Below, in pieces: positions 58,818 through 64,000 of a DNA stretch of 64,000 nucleotides (its first letter is position 1; each line of letters begins with the position of its first letter). This DNA comes from a virus. Below the pieces are notes generated by a model that saw only the letters and a program-made list of their open reading frames with translations, did not search any database and had not been told where the DNA came from. The stretch covers positions 2,669-66,668 of IMG/VR virus record IMGVR_UViG_3300008740_000600, one strand, 5' to 3'. Both the position numbers and the translations under genes were made by a program.

Positions 58818-58964
58818 AATAATACTCCATTGTGCCAACCTAACAATAAGCAGGTTGCGATTATAATTATCCAAAAATATATAAACAATTTTAATTCGTT
58901 CATAAACCTTTCATTAGTATATTATAATACTATAATTTTAGTATTTTGTCAAGTATTATTTTAT

Positions 58965-59041
58965 TGGTAGCTCTGGCAAGAATCGAACTTGCGACCTTTG
59001 GCTTATGAGTCCAACGCTCTAACCAACTGAGCTACAGAGCC
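58965..59041 (-). tRNA. tRNA-Met/Ile2 (CAU)
   Basis: GGCTCTG/CAGAGCT acceptor, CTCATAA loop, AGTTCGATTCT, CCA. Confidence 0.88.
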
Positions 59042-59049
59042 GTTGGTAT

Positions 59050-59940
59050 TTACTGAAATACTTTGTTCTTTTTAAGCCGTTTATCTCTAATATGGTCAAT
59101 ATCAACACCATAGATATACAATGCTGACTCAAATGTTTTATTGTCGTATTTAAACGGCAATTCGTAATTCCTAAATAACGTGGAATCTGCTTTGATATTA
59201 TGAATAACTCTACATCTATCATTTATATGATTTACAAATAAACAATGCCCAATTATATACTTGCTACCTGTAATCCAGTCAGTTTGTTTTATTTCTTTTG
59301 CCTTATCACATAAGAAATGAATTTCTCTATACGGATCTTTATAATTTTTAATAAAATCTTTAGTATCACCACTATATAAAAAATCATTTGAATGTAAAAG
59401 TTTTGATGGGTTAATTGGATCAGGGTCTTTAACTACTGCTGAAAATCTCCATCCTTTATCTATGAAACGATCGAAGTGTTTTGGCTTAACTAAACAATCC
59501 CACCTCGAATGTACAAGTTTATCGTACTTAGATAAATCAAATTGATTCACTGCTTGACTAAGATGATATAATCTTCCAAAATAATATTGAAATTTTATAA
59601 ATGCTTGTTCTGGAGAATAGCCTAATGTACCTTCTGGTGGTGTAAGATACTCGTTGAGTTCTTTGTGGAATTTAAAATATTTTTGTAATTCAGCAGGTTC
59701 TGAAAATATAAACTTAACGTCATCAAAATATTTTTCTAAATTTCCATCATATAATTTTTCTAAACGAATCCTATTAGCTGAATTGGCGAATGAAATATTA
59801 TTACTATGTGAGGTACTATAAGCCCATGAACTACTAAAAAAATCAATGTCATGTTCACTTTCTTCAGCTACACTTTTCCACCATTGGTAGCACCAATCCA
59901 TATATCGTAACTGTCCTGTAAAAACTATAGCTACTTTCAT
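59050..59940 (-). CDS. glycosyltransferase-like (WavE/DUF-type) protein
   Basis: MKVAIVFTGQLR, DFFSSSW, YDKLVHSRWD, NDFLY. Confidence 0.5.
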   Translation of the reverse strand: MKVAIVFTGQLRYMDWCYQWWKSVAEESEHDIDFFSSSWAYSTSHSNNISFANSANRIRLEKLYDGNLEKYFDDVKFIFSEPAELQKYFKFHKELNEYLTPPEGTLGYSPEQAFIKFQYYFGRLYHLSQAVNQFDLSKYDKLVHSRWDCLVKPKHFDRFIDKGWRFSAVVKDPDPINPSKLLHSNDFLYSGDTKDFIKNYKDPYREIHFLCDKAKEIKQTDWITGSKYIIGHCLFVNHINDRCRVIHNIKADSTLFRNYELPFKYDNKTFESALYIYGVDIDHIRDKRLKKNKVFQ

Positions 59941-60464
59941 TTTTTATTTTTTAAATAATTGTCGAGGGCTTCTTGATAAGAAATATCTAAAATTTTAAAT
60001 TTTATAAACAGTCTATCATTTTCAAAAACAGGAACACCATGCTCTTGAAAAACATTTAACAAAGCACATTTATAATTTGTAAGACCATAAGCTGGAAAGT
60101 TTATAGGACCAACTGGATCATTTAATTGAATGTTTACAGCACATTTTATTTGTTGCGAACCTTGATATTTGTGTGCTGACTTATCTGAATGTACAGGTAC
60201 TGATGTATTTGCTTTTTGCTTTATAACAGCAAATATAACATTATTAGTTCCTAGTAGTTCTTTTAATTGTTTACGAACACTATCAATTTCTGTATTTGGC
60301 TTATCTGGTATATCAGCATACAACCAAGATTTAGGACCAGCAAACCAACTATCGGTATTTGGGTTATCTTTAAAATATGGTTCGAATTCTATATTTTTAA
60401 CTTCGTCTTTTAATTTCTCGTTATTATAAATTAAGTCTAGCTCATGTAAAAAGTCAGCTCTCAT
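59937..60464 (-). CDS. 2OG-Fe(II) oxygenase-like protein
   Basis: VPVHSD, CAVNI, LLNV..EHGV, DR. Confidence 0.55.
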   Translation of the reverse strand: MRADFLHELDLIYNNEKLKDEVKNIEFEPYFKDNPNTDSWFAGPKSWLYADIPDKPNTEIDSVRKQLKELLGTNNVIFAVIKQKANTSVPVHSDKSAHKYQGSQQIKCAVNIQLNDPVGPINFPAYGLTNYKCALLNVFQEHGVPVFENDRLFIKFKILDISYQEALDNYLKNKK

Positions 60465-60940
60465 TTTTCTTTATCCGTGTTAATTCCTCTATCATCAAAA
60501 TTAGTTGTATAACCATACTTAGATTTATAAGTTCTAAATGATTCTAAAGTGCCGTCTTTCTTTTTAAAATGCCATTCACCTTCTCGTCTAAGTTTACCTG
60601 GCATAAACAAAGTTAAAGCTGTTGTTCCTGGTTTTAATGATATCCTATGAAAGTCTTCAGCTTGTTTATGTCTATAATGTCCTACACCTCTCCATATCTT
60701 AGACCCGTCTAAGAACTCCTCGTAATAACCTCCCATCAAAACTACAGTTGTATAATTCCAAGGGTGGTTATGAAAGTCTTCTTCATCGTCACCATAAAAT
60801 TTATGTAGGAAAGCATTAAACGGAAAGCTGTCAACCCTTGTTTTTAGAAATATTTCCCAACGTTCAAGTATAACTTTTCCTGTTCTTTTATCAAACACTT
60901 CATGATATCGGCCTAATTTTTTAAATAGAGCTTTTAACAT
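60461..60940 (-). CDS. cupin-fold protein (paralog of 10067-10495)
   Basis: FPFNAFLHKF, FHNHPWNY, GGYYE, WRGVGHYR. Confidence 0.7.
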   Translation of the reverse strand: MLKALFKKLGRYHEVFDKRTGKVILERWEIFLKTRVDSFPFNAFLHKFYGDDEEDFHNHPWNYTTVVLMGGYYEEFLDGSKIWRGVGHYRHKQAEDFHRISLKPGTTALTLFMPGKLRREGEWHFKKKDGTLESFRTYKSKYGYTTNFDDRGINTDKEK

Positions 60941-61369
60941 TTAACGTTTTACTACGCCTTCCTTGAGAAGTCGTTCTCTGTTAATCATGTGTTGCTTTTG
61001 TACATCTTCTTTAGCACCACCAAAATATGCTACAGCATGACCTTCATTGATTAAAACTTCTGTGACTTTTGTGCCACTATCTGTTTTAAAATCTCCTAGA
61101 ATTCTACCAAACTTACCTTTCATATCTTCTCCGTGTTTGTTTACTTCGGTTACTAATATTGTATGTTCTTGTAGTAATTCTGTTAATCTTTTCTTAGCCG
61201 CCAACCCAAATACTTTTTCTTCGTCATCTGATGTTCTTGATTCTGGCGTATCGATCCCCATAATTCTAACACGTTCATTTCTTTGCCATATTCCAAAGCC
61301 TAAGTCAATGTCTACATCTACTGTATCACCATCTACCACTTTCAATATAGTTGCTCTGTATTCGTACAT
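60941..61369 (-). CDS. SNase-like nuclease
   Basis: VVDGDTVD, RIMGIDTPESRT, GKFGRILG. Confidence 0.88.
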   Translation of the reverse strand: MYEYRATILKVVDGDTVDVDIDLGFGIWQRNERVRIMGIDTPESRTSDDEEKVFGLAAKKRLTELLQEHTILVTEVNKHGEDMKGKFGRILGDFKTDSGTKVTEVLINEGHAVAYFGGAKEDVQKQHMINRERLLKEGVVKR

Positions 61370-61371
61370 AA

Positions 61372-62412
61372 CTATTCCTTCCATAGGTCGCCAAAATTAA
61401 GATCTTCTTTTCTATTAAAAAGATCATCAGCGTTGCTTGTTCTATCTAAATCAAAAGTAACACAATGACTTCCACCATCCCAAAAATATTTGTGTCTTAA
61501 AGGACAATGTATTACTTCAATATTATTCTTATTTAACAGTTTTGTAACTTCGTCATTTACATGACTGGTTATAACTGTCGTTGGATTAATATGTAGCATA
61601 TTAACCTCAAACGTTGTTTCTTCACTATTACCTACCCAATGTGTTAAATATTGTTTTATAAAATCTACTGCTTCTTGTTCAGCTTCATTAACTAATTTAA
61701 AACTAACATCTTCCCATAGTCTATGATATCGCCAAACATCTTTTGGTTTATAATGAGGTAACTTATGTATTTCCCATCCAGCAAATGTATCAGAATAGTT
61801 GTCAATTTCAAATCTTGTTAGTAACAAACCTGGCTTAATAGGGCAAACACTTGAATCACTGTGACCCCCTATACTAGCTGTATGAATGTTAACATCTAAC
61901 TCATGTAATGCTCTATATTTTTTAAGCCAATTAACAAAAGGTATGTTAGTTTTATTTTCTGTATCAATTAGTAAATCTTTACCCAATCTAAAAATATCAC
62001 TAGCACAAAAATAGTCAAACATTATAATATCATCTTTGTGCTGTTCTAGTAACTGTTCATAATCGTCCCATACCCACTTTGCTCCAACAAATATCTTATC
62101 ATGCCAACGTAACAAATGATTTCGTACAGCAAAAGGTTGTCCAGGTAACTTTTTATCTTCAGCTATAGTCTGTTCAGCAAGAGTAAATCCTTGCCTTTCC
62201 ATATAGTTATGAATATTCGGTCTTACTACTTTAACACCGTAAGAACGTAACACAGAACACATATTATCTAAATCTTCTTGTGTTTCTTCTGTTATCTGTA
62301 CTAGGCAATTTTTGATTTGGGTGGGCAATCCGTCGTATACACTTGCTGGTAAAACATCTCCAACAAGCACTTTAGATAATTCGCCCCAATTATGAAAACA
62401 ATTATCCATCAT
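61372..62412 (-). CDS. amidinotransferase (second copy)
   Basis: GGHSD, FEVNML, KYFWDGGSHCVTFD. Confidence 0.8.
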   Translation of the reverse strand: MMDNCFHNWGELSKVLVGDVLPASVYDGLPTQIKNCLVQITEETQEDLDNMCSVLRSYGVKVVRPNIHNYMERQGFTLAEQTIAEDKKLPGQPFAVRNHLLRWHDKIFVGAKWVWDDYEQLLEQHKDDIIMFDYFCASDIFRLGKDLLIDTENKTNIPFVNWLKKYRALHELDVNIHTASIGGHSDSSVCPIKPGLLLTRFEIDNYSDTFAGWEIHKLPHYKPKDVWRYHRLWEDVSFKLVNEAEQEAVDFIKQYLTHWVGNSEETTFEVNMLHINPTTVITSHVNDEVTKLLNKNNIEVIHCPLRHKYFWDGGSHCVTFDLDRTSNADDLFNRKEDLNFGDLWKE

Positions 62413-62439
62413 AGTAATACTTATTTAGAACTAGTATTC

Positions 62440-62483
62440 AAAAAAAAAGAAATGGTTTAGCCTCGTAATTGACTAAACCACTT
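62440..62483 (-). terminator. intrinsic terminator
   Basis: AAGTGGTTTAG/CTAAACCATTT stem followed by a T9 run on the minus strand. Confidence 0.7.
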
Positions 62484-62650
62484 CAAAATTTATATGGGTA
62501 TGTTCATCACATCAAACTAGATTACGATAATGATATGTACTGACCCTATCTCCATTATGTTATATCCTTATAATTTTCTGATGTTGTATTGCTTAGGTTC
62601 TCTATACTTTTTAGTATATATATTTATTATAGCTTAAATTTAATGCTGTG

Positions 62651-63457
62651 TCAACCATTCTTAATATCGTGTCTGTAATCTTCGGTATCAGCTATTAATG
62701 ATGCTTTTTCTACTAATTGAATATTTTCTTCATTGTATGTTTTTATAATATCTATAATTTTTGTATCAGCAATATTTGGGTAAAGATAATAATGCTCATC
62801 TAGTTGTTTGAAACTATCAATATTTCCATTTACTAATTCATCATAATCTAAAATTATATCAGCCCATGTATTTTCAATTTCTAAACTTCTAATTAATCCA
62901 GGAGTGTTTAAATAAAACTTATTATGATTATTGAGAACTTCTGTTAAATCGGGCCCTTCGGCAACCCATGTTTCTTGTTCTCGTAAATTCTTATTTTTAT
63001 CATCTTGAATATTATAAAAACGTTTACAATTACTTTTGATATGATTTAGTTTCCTACAAAATAAAGCTGTATCATATTTTTTTGTAGTGATAGAAACATT
63101 AGGACATTCAATGCCTTTAACTTTTAAAAATGTATCATTTAAGTAAGGCCATACAGCATGGTCCAACATAAACATTCTTTTTTTGTTTGGTATTTCAAAT
63201 GTTTCTAAATATTTTTCTAGTATTGTTGGATTGTAATATGATAACTGATTTGTTTCCCAATCAAACCATTCTTCACCATATGGTAACTCAATTTGAAGTC
63301 TATAAAAGTCTTCATTTTCCCAATAAAAATATGGAAAATGATATTCATTCCAATAACTATTTGCCTTTGGAAAAGAGCCAATACCCCAACGGTAAATTAA
63401 TAGTCTAAGAAAGAAATGTCCTCCCATACCGGCTTTAAATTGAAAATTTGCTATCAT
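62651..63457 (-). CDS. sulfotransferase-like/hypothetical protein
   Basis: KAGMGGHFF loop; LDYDELV near C-terminus. Confidence 0.45.
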   Translation of the reverse strand: MIANFQFKAGMGGHFFLRLLIYRWGIGSFPKANSYWNEYHFPYFYWENEDFYRLQIELPYGEEWFDWETNQLSYYNPTILEKYLETFEIPNKKRMFMLDHAVWPYLNDTFLKVKGIECPNVSITTKKYDTALFCRKLNHIKSNCKRFYNIQDDKNKNLREQETWVAEGPDLTEVLNNHNKFYLNTPGLIRSLEIENTWADIILDYDELVNGNIDSFKQLDEHYYLYPNIADTKIIDIIKTYNEENIQLVEKASLIADTEDYRHDIKNG

Positions 63458-63473
63458 ACTAGTAATTAGTCAT

Positions 63474-63516
63474 AAAAAATGGCAGACAACATTTTATTGA
63501 AGTCCGCCATTTTTTT
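63474..63516. terminator. bidirectional intrinsic terminator
   Basis: AAAAAATGGC..GAC/GTC..GCCATTTTTTT. Confidence 0.75.
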
Positions 63517-63525
63517 GTAAACGGA

Positions 63526-64000
63526 TTAGAACGTGAACTTCAGTCCCATTGCCATTTGAGTAGTATCTGTAGTTGATCCATCATTGTCGGTTGTCTGGAA
63601 TTCAGCGTAACCTGTTAATGAATCTGATAAGTCATGGCTTACACCAGCTGTCATATAACTAGCTGTACCTTCTTTATCTTGGTAACCAACTGCGAGTGTT
63701 GTCTTCCCAAAAGTCTTTGAAGCTGTATACTCCATACCTGTCAGGTCAGTAGTAGTTGTATCTTTAAACGAGTAAGTACCAGCTAAAGAAACACCAACAA
63801 GATCAATTCCTGCTGAAGCTACTGTGTAGGTGATGTTATTAACTTTATCATCTATCAATCCACCTGATATACCCACCGGACCAATGTCCATTGAGGCCGA
63901 AATATCAGTAACATCGATACCATCTTTACCAGTTGAACCATCAATTATAGCCATAGAGCTAAAAGAAATAGGACCAATTGAATTGTCATATTTTATCGAG
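63526..64000 (-). CDS. outer-membrane porin, C-terminal part (starts beyond window)
   Basis: alternating beta strands, HDLSDSLTGYAE, terminal GLKFTF; frame open to the window edge. Confidence 0.75.
   Translation of the reverse strand, partial: SIKYDNSIGPISFSSMAIIDGSTGKDGIDVTDISASMDIGPVGISGGLIDDKVNNITYTVASAGIDLVGVSLAGTYSFKDTTTTDLTGMEYTASKTFGKTTLAVGYQDKEGTASYMTAGVSHDLSDSLTGYAEFQTTDNDGSTTDTTQMAMGLKFTF

Overview
This window is a 64 kb segment of a large, AT-rich (roughly 30-33% GC by eye) T4-like or jumbo-type myovirus genome. It probably infects a marine alphaproteobacterium (SAR11-like host inferred from the porin, CspA, Prx5, Hsp20 and bS21 types). Genes run mostly on + from 1 to 25766 and mostly on - from 25768 to 64000. 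Core phage functions are RNase H/5'-3' exonuclease, a DnaB/gp41 helicase, primase, a MoxR ATPase plus vWA metallopeptidase, a SleB-like hydrolase and four tRNAs (Leu-UAA, Ala-UGC, Thr-UGU, CAU). The accessory content has five parts. (1) A dispersed 7-deazaguanine set: DpdL-like T-fold, GT-B glycosyltransferase, FolE, PRTase, QueD, QueE and a QueC-like protein, with pseudoknot-like leaders on folE and queD. (2) A csgF-csgG-curlin-FecR-CHASE2 adenylyl cyclase operon. (3) A proteolysis kit of ClpP, ClpX, ClpS and an ATE1/Bpt-like aminoacyl-tRNA protein transferase, possibly a viral N-degron pathway. (4) SpeD-like, two amidinotransferases, radical SAM, sulfotransferase-like and oxygenase genes. 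(5) bS21, GuaC and Dam. Signals beyond the ORF track include an A9 frameshift site inside a hairpin, a 12-codon leader peptide or sRNA unit, leaderless late-type genes and a repeated upstream operator motif. All product calls come from motif recognition only; no database search was run.
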